Source: Mizuhopecten yessoensis (lineage: Eukaryota). From it: a stretch of DNA of 64,000 nucleotides. A program made the position numbers and the translations under genes. Below the pieces are notes generated by a model, which saw only the letters and a list, made by a program, of their open reading frames with translations, did not search any database and had not been told where the DNA came from. The stretch spans positions 154,482-218,481 of the forward strand of contig NW_018408886.1 of the NCBI RefSeq assembly GCF_002113885.1. Reading direction: 5' to 3'. Below, piece by piece: positions 13,013 through 26,827 of this stretch; position 1 is the stretch's first letter, and each line of letters begins with the position of its first letter.

Positions 13013-14681
13013 GAATGATTTTCTGGCTATATCATACTAGGTCTAGTTAGGCTTTGGTCATAGCAAGGGAAGGGGACTTCTATACAGGGATCGTTTATCG
13101 AAGCAATGTCACACGAAAAACGTTTGAACGGAATGGGGATAATTACATATGTGGTTGCCTTTCAACTCAATCAGTGCTACCATCTCTTTCCTCCACAGTG
13201 AGGCCACAGTCTTGGTCCCTCAAAAGCTTGACAAGCTTAATGCCAAAGATTATTGGATTTAAACTGTTCTAAATAAAAAAATGGTTCTGTCGAGAAATAA
13301 TTTATTGAGAGATGATTGACACTGGACGGTGATTAAAACCATCAAAACCTTTCCATGTGTATTCGTAGACGTAAACGTGAAGTTCAGAATTGTATATAAG
13401 CTGATCATGTTAGCGTGTAGTTACCTCCGATCCCTAACCATGCCCAGCCAAATACCTGCAACACAATACCACTATTTCTCTCTTTGAAACCAAATGCTTT
13501 GTTCCGGTGGACAGTCAGTGAAAAGATTTGTCAATTTTAAAGTTGTCGTCTGCATAATGCTTTTGAAGCTTTCTATAAGACCCTTCTGTAAGACTTTGTC
13601 TTTTTGCTGTATAGCCGAGGCGGGTCGGACCCTGACACACGGGCTGTGTTCACCTTCGCTGTAATCGTTGCTTTACAGCGTATGACGTGGAGGTTGTATG
13701 GTGCTTTGTTAGGTATGAGCACTGTATCAGGTTTCGATGTTGGCATAGATTGTTCAAAGTTTTATCAACCTCACCAGGTACGCTCAAATTATATAAATGT
13801 GGTAATATTTTCTGACTTTCACTTATTTTGAAAGAAATGTCATTAATATCCATTTTGGATACTATACATACAGATTGAGCGATAAGTTTTAATAATTAAA
13901 AAAACAAAACACTTTTGATCAAGTTTCATTAAGCTGACCATAATTTTTGAAAATATAAACCTGGCCATTATTTACATCAGTGTGTTTATAGTAGAATTCC
14001 TTTTTTTCAAACTTTGAATCGGTTAAGTGGGTAAAATGTTTGAGGAGTTGAATTGTTGTTGAATGAGCTTAGAACTGTAGGGGTATTCTAATGTAAAAAC
14101 GTTATTTTTAGACAAGAAACACATTATTTGAAGTCAATTGACATTTTATGGAGTGTTAAAAGGTTACAAACATGCATTGTTATTTTCGAAAGAATGATTG
14201 TTGTAGTTTGTAAATACAATTTTATTTTCAAATTCAAAACTTACTTTCGGTGAAAAAGCCCATAATGTGCATAATTAGTAACATTTTAATCTGGTGTGAA
14301 CTCAATATTGTTAAGTTTGGCCATACCCAACCCCCGCATCTTATGAAAAATTCAAATGAAATTTGAAAAATGTATAGATTATATTTTCCACAGGGAAGAA
14401 GTCCTATAGCTAAACCGTTAGAAACCCAAGAAAGAACGCTTGGATGGGACTATTTAGAAATATTGTAAATCTTCATGCTTTATTTTAAGCAGGGAATAAG
14501 GGATAAAAAAAACTTATAGTACTTAACCATTTAAAAGATGATAAATCTGTCTGAAAGAACTTTACACCGTAAAGAGGAAAATATTTGAGATGTGTGTTCC
14601 TTATGCTTCATACTATGTAGCTATTTCAGTTCACTGGCATGGGACTATCAACCTGTTCACAAACAGTCAAGAGTTTTTAAT

Positions 14682-14897
14682 AAAGGGAGAGAACTCCGTC
14701 TCCATTCCTATACAAAGGGAAATAACTCTGTCTCCATTCCTATACAAAGGGAAAGAACTCTGTCTACATTCCTATACAAAGGGCAATAACTCTGCCTCCA
14801 TTCCTATACAAAGGGAAAGAACTCTGTCTCCATTCCTATACAAAGGGACATAACGCTGTCTCCATTCCTGTACAAGGGAGAGAACTCTGTCTCCATT
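14682..14897. repeat. 33-bp tandem repeat, ~6.5 copies
   Basis: aagggagagaactctgtctccattcctatacaa. Confidence 0.9.
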
Positions 14898-15276
14898 TCT
14901 GCTGGTCGTTTTAACCATTGAGTGACTTTAGGATGATGGCTATAGAGCAGTTGCAGTAATCCCAGAGGAAGGTATTTGATAGACGTCTGTCCTCGATATG
15001 CTGAAGGTTTTGTAGCCTGCTAATGAAATTCAATCTAGACAGTATTCTTTGTGTCAAACTCCACTAGATTCAACAGTGCCTGTGGATCTACTCTGAACTT
15101 AGGCAGGTGAATGGTTTTACATAGACTGGTGACGGACAATGATCTCGGTTGTTTTATGTTTAGTAGGAGGCGTATATATATAGATGTGTTTTCCTCCAGA
15201 GATGTAGGATACATGTCTGGTGTCGGAGAGTAGTCCCCAAGGTAGTGTAGTGATGGTATAAGTTCCCTGGTAAATG

Positions 15277-15365
15277 TTAATTCATTCGCCCTGAAACTTC
15301 ATAATGAACTATTCCAACCATTGAATTGGAAGAGTTCAGATGTGTCGTTAAAGGGTGAATAATAA
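15277..15365. mobile_element. TTAA MITE family B, degenerate copy
   Basis: ttaattcattcgccctgaaacttcataatgaactattcc...gggtgaat. Confidence 0.75.
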
Positions 15366-15378
15366 CTCCATGGACAGA

Positions 15379-15995
15379 AGTCTCACCAGCTGTATCATCA
15401 CTGCTATAATGGCAGTTACAGAGACACTAGTTATATAGTCTCACCAGCTGTATCATTACTGCTATAATGGCAGTTACAGAGAGACACAGGTATATAGTCT
15501 CACCAGCTGTATCATTACTGCTATAATGGGAGTTACAGACACTAGTTATATAGTCTCACGAGATGTATCATCACTGCTATAATAGCAGTTACAAAAAGAC
15601 ACTAGTTATATAGTCTCCCCAGCGGTATCATCCCTGCTATAATGGCAGTTACAGAGAGACGCTAGTTATATAGACTCACCAGCTGTATCATCAATGCTAT
15701 AATGGCAGTTACAGACACTAGATATATAGTCTCACCAGCTGAATCATCACTGCTATAATGGCATTTCCAGAGACACTAGTTATATAGTCATCTCTCATCA
15801 GCTGTATCATCACTGCTATAATGGCCGTTACAGAGACACTAGTTATATAGTCTCACCAGCTGTATCATCACTGCTATAATTGCAGTTACAGAGAGACACT
15901 AGTTATATAGTCTCACCGGCTGTATCATCACTGCTATAATGGCCTTTACAGAGACACTAGTTATATAGTCATCTCTCATCAGCTGTATCATCAAT
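15379..15995. repeat. ~58-bp tandem repeat, ~10 copies
   Basis: agtctcaccagctgtatcatcactgctataatggcagttacagagacactagttatat. Confidence 0.93.
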
Positions 15996-17181
15996 CTCTA
16001 AAAACCCTACAAGTCTGTTAATTCTGGTTTTAAAAAAAAAAAGACTTTTGTTTTATTGAGGTAGAACCAGAGCCGAGATGTCGAAGCTTTCGCTGAAAAT
16101 ACCAAAAGTCTGGCGATTATAGGTTTTGCTGTATTGGAGAGAACGATAAATTTACCAGACTTGATCATCAATCATTTCGTAAAAACCTGGCTACGATTCA
16201 GTCAATTTCTCATTTTAAAAATGATATATATATATAGTGTAAACAGCGTTGTCAGGATTTAATTATAGTGATTTGATTATACATTACACACTGGTCCAGA
16301 CAAATTCAATTAAAATTGTAAGAAAATTACTTATTAATGATACTCCTATATGTGTACATTTTGTACATAATTGAACATGGTTTTAACATGGTACATGAAT
16401 CTCGATACTTAAAAAAGGCAAATTTTTTGCCAAGTTCTAATTGCAGTGATCAAATGATACGGGAATCTGACAAATCCAGTCTAAAAAAATAAATATATAA
16501 TGACATATAGCAGAGCTTAATGCTGTTCTGCCGAGTTTTAATTGTGGCGATTTGATCATTTCCATTAGCTGTGAATGCACAGCTAGGCCGGTGTTGGGTT
16601 GGTCTTAACAGGCTGATAATTGTGGAAATCCCGAGCCCCTCTCGACCCTGTGGAGCCCCGACCACACACTCTTATAGCCACTGATCTGAGTGGCTCCCAG
16701 CTCAGTCGACGAGCAGTTTTTTTAGACACATAAATGCACTCAGGAATAGGTTTATTTCAAACGCAGTGAGGACTAGCTGTCCTAATCAAGTACACGTCCG
16801 ATTCAGAAGTCGTCGTATCTCCCACAACTGACGCAGATCGGTGGCTCCAAACATCTGTGCGATCCAGACTAGCTTCCGTAGGATTTAGACTTGTGCCTCG
16901 ACACACTGAAGTGATGGCATCGTAGTACGTGATATTGTGATGGTACTTGGCTTGAGAAGGAACCGGTGTATCAATTGAACCCCATGTATCAGCTGCTGCC
17001 GCAGGGTATAGTGCATCATTGTCTCGTATCCTCCAATCACCGGGCTTACGCCAATAAACTCTGTCGTCAAGAAACTCGGTCACATGGCCGTCCCCCCCCC
17101 CCCCATTAAGTGTGGCACCAAGTAGTGTTATTTCATTGTTTTTACATTCACATTATACTGCAGTGTGAATGTCTTTTCTCT

Positions 17182-17272
17182 TTAACCCTTTCACCACTGT
17201 AGACCATAATGGACCCATCCATATCAATGCATGGCAGAGTCCACTGTAGTTACATAGGGGTGAAAGGGTTAG
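17182..17272. mobile_element. TTAA MITE family A
   Basis: ttaaccctttcaccactgtagacc...ggggtgaaagggttag. Confidence 0.88.
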
Positions 17273-18220
17273 GTAGTTAATAGGTATAATAATTGTAAGT
17301 GCAGTATAGTTTATCTTAAAAAATAACCAAACACCTGTATATTATGGTATATCATCACCACCAAACCTGTGAAAAAAAACAACTTTTGATCAGTAAGACG
17401 AACATTATATTAATTAAAACTTCTTAAATAAAAACGATGTCTTAGTTAATATTCACTATTCGTTATTCACAACTATTACATATATACGTGTATATAAATA
17501 AATCATGAAATATCTCTGTACACATCCATTTAATATCAATTCAAGGTGTCCGTGTCTCTCCCCTGGCTGAACACAGACCTTCGGCTCCAAACACCATGTA
17601 ATATCAGAGGAAGTCTAGATCTAATACCATACACATTAGTGCTACATGGATAGTCCATATTAATTGCAGGAGAAAAATTATATACAGCTCCCCTATATAA
17701 CGCACCTTACTGTGAGATACCGCCATCAACGAAAAAAAGGACTTTCACTGTGGAGCCAGACCCATTACTGCCTGGTAAGCAGGCTAGTTTTTATTATACC
17801 TATCTGCTGGTATAGTAGTGCTTTCAACAGCCTTGATTGTCTGTCTATATAATGTACTGGGACCCAGGCTGACGGCAGGGGCAGACAATTCCGGTGGTAT
17901 TTTAATTAGTAAGATTTATGGCTAGCACTTTGCTATATTGTGTTATGAGAACATTCTTTGTCCTGTTTGTTGGTTCAAATGTTGGAGAATATATGTAGAA
18001 ATAGTGTTGTAGCGACAAACGGCCATTTTGTAAATAATTTGTTTTAGGAAGAAGTGTTTTCTAGTGACATGGGGGGTGGGGGGTGGGATTGGGGAATAAG
18101 AAATAAATACATAGACCATCTTGTATGTACAATACAGCATGTACTTTAGGGAATTGTGAAAAGGATTAAAAAGGTCTTAATAAATACTGTGAAGACTTGG
18201 TTATTTTATTTTCACAAACA

Positions 18221-18780
18221 TAAGGATCCCTGTCCTCCTACACTGACCAGTCCTTAAGGATCCCTATCCTCCTATCCTCCTACACTGACCAGTCCTTAAG
18301 GATCCCTACCCCCCTACACAGACCACTCCTTAAGGATCCCTATCCTCCTATCCTCCTACACTGACGAGTCCTTAAGGATCCCTATCCTCCTACACAGACC
18401 AGTCCTTAAGGATCCCATTCCCACTACACTGACCAGTCCTTAAGGATCCCTATCCTCCTACACTGACCAGTCCTTAAGGATCCCTACCCCCCTACACAGA
18501 CCACTCCTTAAGGATCCCTATCCTCCTATCCTCCTACACTGACAAGTCCTTAAGGATCCCTATCCTCCTGCACTGACCAGTCCTTAAGGATCCCTAGCCT
18601 CCTATCCTCCTACACTGACCAGTCCTTAAGGATCCCTATCCTCCTATACAGACCAGTCCTTAAGGATCCCATTCCCATTGCACTGACCAGTCCTTAAGGA
18701 TCCCTATCCTCCTACACAGACCAGTCCTTAAGGATCCTATTCCCATTGCACTGACCAGTTCTTAAGTATCCCTGTCCCAC
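18221..18780. repeat. 34/41-bp tandem repeat, ~15 copies
   Basis: taaggatccctatcctcctacactgaccagtcct. Confidence 0.93.
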
Positions 18781-19646
18781 AGTTTTTTTTACAGTGGTAC
18801 CGCAATCTTTAAGTCTTCGGTTACGAGTTCTTCCTGTAAAGTAATATATCAGTTGTCAGGGTAGCACAGGGATTTTTTAATTCTTCAGGATTTGGTTAGC
18901 CCATGTTTTGGTTAAATCAGATTTACGACATTCTAAGAGACCACAAGTTTGTACAGGTCTATAGACTACCAAGAAGTCTCACTTTTGGCTGAACTGCTGG
19001 TGTATAAAATACCAAAAGGACCACAGTTTGGTTAAAATAAGTTCATGAATTATCCCGGTTTTGATTAAATCAGACTTCTGGTATAGGTAGATTATGAATT
19101 AATCAAGTTTCTTCAATATGTCTTGTAATTGGTCCCGAGGAAATAAAATCTATCACATTTCAAAATTGGAATATTATTTACGGAATGCTGTCGTCAAATT
19201 ATAAGTGACTAGGTAATTTGGTCCCGTACATTTAGGTACGATTAGGCGTACTCTGGAAAATTGTCTGTAGAATTGTGATAATTGTACAATTATAATAAAC
19301 CAGGGCAAGAAGTCAATGACTCAGCACTTTACTGAATGTGAGGATTGCTTTTGAAGTAATTTCAACTTTTTTTTTTTTTAAATATTTTGATAATTTTGAA
19401 CATGTTATAACCAGTTTGTAATTGTTTTCAAACATGCGAAGAAGAATATTGTTTTGCTAAGCTTCTCTATCAGTGTCTATATTGTATGCTCTGTACTTCT
19501 GTAAAGAATTCTATTATTCAAACGTTACTCTTTCCTGTTTAAATTCAATAAAAACAGAGATTACTACCGATAAAATTACAGTATATAAAAATAAAATCTC
19601 ATAAAGTCTGTTTTACCCACACCTGTTAGTTAGCATGTTAAAGCTG

Positions 19647-19945
19647 TATGCTACCTTACACATACTGTGATTTATGTTGGTTTAAGGACATATGCTACCT
19701 TACACATACTGTGATTTATGTTGGTTTAAGGACATATGCTACCTTACACATACTGTGATTTATGTTGGTTTAAGGACATGTGCTACCTTACACATACTGT
19801 GATTTATGTTGGTTTAAGGACATATGCTACCTTACACATACTGTGATTTATGTTGGTTTAAGGACATATGCGTAACCTTACACATACTGTGATTTATGTT
19901 GGTTTAAGGACATATGCTACCTTACACATACTGTGATTTATGTTA
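19647..19945. repeat. 44-bp tandem repeat, ~7 copies
   Basis: tatgctaccttacacatactgtgatttatgttggtttaaggaca. Confidence 0.93.
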
Positions 19946-21876
19946 GGGTTATCTCCCTTGAGTTGTTTTGTCTTATAAAACAATGTCATTTACTTGAGCA
20001 TTATTTTCTCTCAGAATATTTCACACATATGTACTTCTTATATAAGGTTGTATGGTTCACTTTTCCAACACATGTCTCATTTCTAAAAGAGTTCCACTAT
20101 TTCCTAAAAAGTTAAACACAAAAGAGTTCCACTATAGAATAGGATTAATGAAAATGGCAAATTACATTTGATGGCCTACCCAATTCCACTTACTGAATTA
20201 TGAAGAAGAAGGAAAGTAACAAAATGAGTTACTTTAAGGGAAATAACTCTATCACCAATCTTGATTACTGTAAGATAGCAAGGCTGTCATCTACTCCAAC
20301 CTAATTACCACCAACATCAATTATAATCATAAAAATGGTGGACTCTGCAAAATTAAACAAAATGGTTTTCCTCATAAGCAATGTTAGACTATATAAACAG
20401 CATTCGTAACAATTACCAGTAACCGTTCATATTTGTACAAATTTATTGACTACCCTATAGAAAAGACAACTTCAAGTTTTAGCTCGCAACCGACGTGGTG
20501 TCTTCATAACAATTACTGACGGCCATTAGAATCATACAAGGCATTTCAGCTTACAACCAGTGCTATATATCTGTAACAATTAGCGACAGGCATTAAAATG
20601 ATGAACGCTGATGATAAACTCCGTAGACATGACAGGCTGGTATTGAGGCGCCCTTCGTTCACTGATCAGTGAGGATCACTGCGAATCGTAGGCGGGGAGA
20701 AAAATACTCCACAAAGGGGATGAAACAAAACAGTTTTGATTACTTTGTTGTTGTTTAAAGTAAAGTAGAGCCATCCTGGCAGTTTTTTGTTGGCTGGATA
20801 CAAAACCGTGATGGTAGAGCCACACAATGGAGTAACAAAGGGAGTACTTGTTTCTGTATAGGGCTGTGTGTTAGTGGTGTAGGGATGGGAGAACAGTGTC
20901 GCCTCAACAAGACTCTATGTCTGGGCCTACACTCTGTGTCGGTGTATATACACTAGGCCTGGTATACAGTGGGTTGGAGGAGGAGGAGGAGGCTAGGGGT
21001 AAAGCCAGCCAACTATTTGTAGTAGGTAGGGTTCTTGTGTGCTCTGACCTAAATATCCACAAAATAGATATAAGGTTTAACAAGACTCTGAGTTTTAACT
21101 ACACTGGCTAATTTTGTTTCAGAGATTTTTGTAGATTTTTCTTTTTCACAGACCTTACTATCCCGCACTGCTTAACTACACAAAAAAAGCTTCTTTGAAA
21201 TTCTGATAAACTCAGCTTTAGCAAGACGCTAATTATATTTATGTGTAATTTTTTTTATGAATTATTAAAATCTTGCACCATGACCTTAATCCACAAAATA
21301 GATTTTACATTCTCAGATTTAATACAACACATTTTATACTGATCCTGTTAATATGGTACAAGATTTGTGGATTTTTGTATCCCAAATTTTATATCCTTAC
21401 TTTTCTATATATTCACTAGGAGATAAAACCTAATAGATAGGTTTTAGGAAGAAACATAGGATTTTAAAATACTGCGTAAGTAATGTTCATAATTTGTTTT
21501 GTGTTGGATTTTTCAAAAAACATCTGTACATGTAGATACTTGTGGTCTGATGATTAGTAACTACACATTAAATGTGTATGTGTTTTAAAATTGCACAACT
21601 TTTGATTTCCTACTGATAAGTTTTAAAAGTTTTTTTGAAACTGAATACCAGGTGATAGTCACTGCTATATAAACTTGAAAAATAACACTATGTTTCAAAA
21701 TTGTGATATATGAAAAGAAAAAGTTATAAACTTCGATCTAAAAATAAGGCACGTCTTAAAATTGTATATATATATGTATGATGACCTTAACTAGCATGTA
21801 TATAAATTCTAAAAAGAAAAAGTCAAAATTGTATGTATACATCTGAAGGTGTTAACAGGTATTGCACTAACTTTCC

Positions 21877-22712
21877 TATATATATTTACCCTGGTGTGGT
21901 ACTTTGACCATATATATTTACCCTGGTGTGGTACTTTGAGTATATATATTTACCCTGGTGTGGTACTTTGACTATATATATTTTGCCTGGTGTGGTACTT
22001 TGACTATATATATTTACCCAGGTGTGGTACTTTGAGTATGTATATTTACCCTGGTGTGGTACTTTGACCATATATATATACCCTGGTGTGGTACTTTGAC
22101 TATATATATTTCCCCTGGTGTGGTACTTTGACTATATATATTTCCCCTGGTGTGGTACTTTGACTATATATATTTGCCCTGGTGTGGTACTTTGACTATA
22201 TATATTTCCCCTGGTGTGGTACTTTGACTATATATATTTCCCCTGGTGTGGTACTTTGACCATATATATTTACCCGGGTGTGGTACTTTGACTATATATA
22301 TTTACCCTGGTGTTGTACTTTGACTATGTATATTTACCCTGGTGTGGTACGTTGACCATATATATTTACCCTGGTGTGGTACTTTGACTATATATATCTA
22401 CCCTGGTGTGGTACTTTGACTATGTATATTTACCCTGGTGTGGTACGTTGACCATATATATTTACCCTGGTGTGGTACTTTGACAATATATATTTACCCT
22501 GGAGTGGTACTTTGACTATATATATTTACCCTGGTGTTGTACTTTGACTATGTATATTTACCCTGGTGTGGTACGTTGACCATATATATTTACCCTGGTG
22601 TGGTACTTTGACCATATATATTTTCCCTGGTGTGGTACTTTGACCATATATATTTACCATGGTGTGGTACTTTGACTATATATATTTACCCTGGTGTGGT
22701 ACTTTGAGTATC
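21877..22712. repeat. 32-bp tandem repeat, ~26 copies
   Basis: yatatatatttaccctggtgtggtactttgac. Confidence 0.95.
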
Positions 22713-23489
22713 GTATATACTCTGGTTGGTTATAAAGTGACTGTGTTATATTCCCAGATCACTAGATATAATATTCATAGATTTTAGATCACTCTGTGGA
22801 GTATTTAATATGTGTAGGGTTTGATCCTCAGCTGGGCCCTGTCAGTACAGTACAACAAAAATTATAGGGATCAAAACGTTCCCCTGGGCTGCATTTGTAT
22901 CAAATGTAATATTTGTTAGGTTTAAATCCCCTTTAGGCTCCTGCAGTATGGTATATAATATGTGTACAGTTTAAATCCCCCCTTTGGGCCCCTTTAGCAG
23001 AGATTCTGAATGACAGTTAGGCTCCAGTATTGATTAATAGCGCTGTTGATATCAGACCTGCCCTCCCCTCGACTCCCAGGTAGAAATGGACCAGACCACT
23101 GGAGCCAAGAAATGATAGGAGATATAGCTATAGAGAGGCCACTACCTTGTTTACTTCAAGCTGATTGTCTGTTCCTACACACACAGATATGAGTCAGTGG
23201 TTATACAGCGAAAGACAGACAAAAACAGGGGCAGACAGACAAATAAAGAAAAGGATACATCATATTAGAATGTTTGATGGTTCCACAACCAAAGACAGAC
23301 AAAACCAGGGGCAGACAGACGAATAAAGAAAGACAGAATAAAGAAAAGGATACATAATATGAGCATGTTTGATGGTTCTACAACAAAAGACAAGAAAATA
23401 GGTGCAGGCAAACAAATGAAAATAGAATTAAAAAAAATATAAGTTTAATGTTCTATCAATCAAAAAACAGTCAAAAACCCAAGTAAGTC

Positions 23490-23885
23490 TAGACTAACAA
23501 GGTTCTACTCTACATATAAACAAAAGTGTCCAGACTAACAAGGTTCTACTGTACACACAAACCAAAGTCTCAGGACTAACAAGGTTCTCCTGTACGCACA
23601 AACCAAAGTGTCCAGACTAACAAGGTTGTCCTGTACTGACAAACTAAAGTGTCCAGACTTACAAGGTTCTACTGTACACACAAACCAAAGCCTCAGGACT
23701 AACAAGGTTCTACTGAACACACAAACCAAAGTGGCCGGACTAACAAGGTTCCACTGTACACACAAACCAACGTGTCCAGACTAACAAGGTTCTTCTGTAC
23801 ACACAAACCAAAGTGTCCAGACTAACAAGGTTCTCCTGTACGGACAAACTAAAGTGTCCAGACTTACAAGGTTCCACTGTACTGA
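23490..23885. repeat. 41-bp tandem repeat, ~9.5 copies
   Basis: cagactaacaaggttctactgtacacacaaaccaaagtgtc. Confidence 0.93.
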
Positions 23886-23989
23886 CAAGGAAAGGTATTC
23901 TCCTAAAAGAGGGTCTGATGTAGATGAGATATTTTGTACCTGTGATCTGTATATATATATATATTTATAAGATTTTTGTTTTGTTTCAG

Positions 23990-24528
23990 GTGACACAACA
24001 AATGGCAGTTCGCGAGGTCCTCACTGGTGTACTGTTGCCTACTGGGAGTTACGACAGCGAGTTGGACGCCTGTTCACTGTGTTTGACTCGTCTATGAATA
24101 TATTTCAATCACTACCTCACGGGGGAGGCCTCTCTCTCGAAGTACTTCAGCAAGGGACACAACTTGATGCTGTGTTACGGACTAGAGAAAAAATTGGATT
24201 CGGACTCGTACTGAGTCGAGAAGACACGGGAGTTTGGCTGTATAACAGATCTGTATTCCCTGTATTTGTCAATTCATCATGGTTTGACACCCCAAACTCA
24301 CGGACGCCCGTTGTGATAAAGTTGTTGCCGGGGCGATCGATAAAGATATTTGACTACGATTGTGTTGAGTTTTTGAAAGGCATGAAAGATGCAAGGTTTG
24401 TGGACGGTCCGTATGACCCGAGGTCCATACGGATCTCGTTTGCGAAAGGATGGGGCCCCACGTATCATAGACAGTTTGTAACTTCATGTCCCTGCTGGTT
24501 GGAAGTGTTACTTAATATAGATCGGTGA
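23990..24528 (+). CDS. SMAD6/7: Inhibitory Smad (Smad6/7) terminal coding exon, complete MH2 domain
   Basis: Acceptor ttttgtttcag at 23989, phase 1. Translates xDTTNGSSRGPHWCTVAYWELRQRVGRLF...RTREKIGFG...GPYDPRSIRISFAKGWGPTYHRQFVTSCPCWLEVLLNIDR*, which closely matches the vertebrate SMAD6 MH2 domain. It lacks the C-terminal SSXS of R-Smads. Confidence 0.96.
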
Positions 24529-26736
24529 TATTAACTAAAATCGTGGTTTGTGATTCGGCATCATCGGTCAGTGCTATTACTTACATTGTTATCATTTTGT
24601 TGAGATGGGGCATTGGTAATAAATGATGGTCTGGAGTTTACAAGATTCAGACGAGCTTACAGAAAATAAACGGATTACATGATGAAACAGTTCAAGAAAC
24701 GGAAAAATAAAGAGAGAAAAGACTGCGAAGGATGATCTTTAACAACCTGTTTACCTGTTGCCTTGGGAACCGATCGACTGCACACCTGTTTGTACAGGTG
24801 ACACAGAGATATGCTGGCTATCAATGCTTTACCTCTAATTCCAGTGCTACATGTACCGAAACATGGTTACCATAGTAACGCCATGTATACAAAGGCCTTG
24901 ACCTAAGGCAGGGTCAAAGTGCCATAATGTGTAAAATTTACATACAAAAAATATCCTTGAATTTCGATCACTTTCACACATATGTGTTACATGAAAACAT
25001 CACTGATATGTCTGATAAAGAAATTTGATTGATAATTTCTAAAGAAAAAAATCGAAGTTCAAGGATGTTTTCTGTTTACGTTGCCAAAGATACGCCATAT
25101 ATTTCATACCACTACACATAAACTTCATCATTAAACAATCGTAATTAATCATTAATTTTGGTTGCCATGGTTATTAGGAAATGAAAAATTATCCAAAATA
25201 TGTTACGTTATCATTGAAATATGTTGCAATATTGTCATACAAACATTAATATATATGAATAATGTGAAACTTTCATAACAATTTGTTATTATCAAAAATG
25301 TAAACTTTTAATTTTTAAAAAGAGAAAAATTTGAAGAATTGAATTTTTTTAATTTTTGAACATTTGGTATATGATGTTTTCAAACATTACAAATTTATTT
25401 TAATAACGAAATAGATTTTATTATTTGGAGAAAAGACACAGTTTAAACATTTATAACGACAGTGTGTACATCCGAAGTTTACCAGTTTTAGGTCAGTATA
25501 TATTGAATTGTTAATGATAGACATAATAATGGTTTTCTGTTTTACTAATGTATATTCTGAAAAAAAAAACGGGTCTGTTCTTGTGGTACAAATAATATAC
25601 TCATAGATACACTATCTCTGTACCATTTACTGATATTGTCTTAACAGAATATTTCAGTCAACATTTATCTACATTTGGATGGTTTCTGGGTTTTAGCTGA
25701 AATAATTGATTATTTAGGTCAATGTATCAATTAACATTCAGAAGGTTTCCAGATTTTTCCTTGATTGAATTATATAATGGAAGTTTGGATCAACATATCG
25801 CAGATTTGTTGGAAGATTCTTGATTTTCTTTAGTCACCTGAACTAATATAGAATCTGATGCAACAAGACTACACATGTCAGCAAGAACCGATCCATTAAT
25901 TGTACAGTAAAACATGGGGAAACACTTTCCCAGGCCCCTACCTCGTCTTGATAGTAAAATGTTTAGAAAGATATTCTTTAAATTCCATCAATCTATAATG
26001 TGTGAAACAAAATTCTGTATAATTTCATGCTGTTTGAAGATATTTAAAAAAAACCCACTTTACAATTAGAAAAAATATGCACTTTAACAAAATTCATATA
26101 TATATGAATGTTTGAAAAGTCGTTTGGAAGATTGAATAATACAGCAAAAGGAAATAATTTGGCTGTAAATGTAAATCAAATTGGAAAATAGACTAAAGGG
26201 AGTTAATCAGTTAGTGAAAATGCAGCAAAGGGAGGTAATCAGGTCGTGAACAAGCAGCAAAGGGAGGTAATCAGATTGTGAAATCCTGCTCTATTCAATA
26301 ACAAAAATTTGCCTGTAGGAATGTTAGTTTCATTTTAGACATGTTTTACTGTACAATAGATCCAACAACCTTGTCATCCAGAATGGCTACACTTTGTTTA
26401 ACAGTTGTCCATCACAAGTTATATTTGTTTTGTTACAAGTAAAAGTGCCTTGACGTTCCAGCTGTACAATTTTTGTTCCCCAGTAGTGATCTACAATATT
26501 TTTCCCGTCTCTTACCTTAGACTTTCAACTCTGGAAATTTTCAGTTGATTTAGAAGAAATTGTGTTAAATATTTTCATGTGGAAATAAAATTTATTGTGG
26601 TTCAAACGTTCAACTTAACATTGCCATCCAATAATATTTGATGTTGTTTTTAAGTGAAATCTGTAAATTTTTGTTTGTAATGATATTAATTTTAGTAGTT
26701 AATTTGATGAATAAGTTCTGCTGGTTTAGATGTTTA

Positions 26737-26827
26737 TTAACCCTTTCACCCCTATGTAACTTTAGCAGACTCTACCATGCATTGATATGGATGAGTCCAT
26801 TATGGTCTACAGTGGTGAAAGGGTTAA
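26737..26827. mobile_element. TTAA MITE family A (reverse orientation)
   Basis: TTAA-CCCTTTCACC...GGTGAAAGGG-TTAA. Confidence 0.9.

Noticed and set aside
16757-17083. 108-aa minus-strand ORF
   Set aside because: No recognisable domain or exon structure; better explained as a GC-richer non-coding island.
24919-26452. miRNA seed matches in the Smad 3' region (GTGCCATA, TTGCCAAA, GTGCCTT)
   Set aside because: UTR extent is unknown, and 7-8-mers cannot be supported without conservation data.
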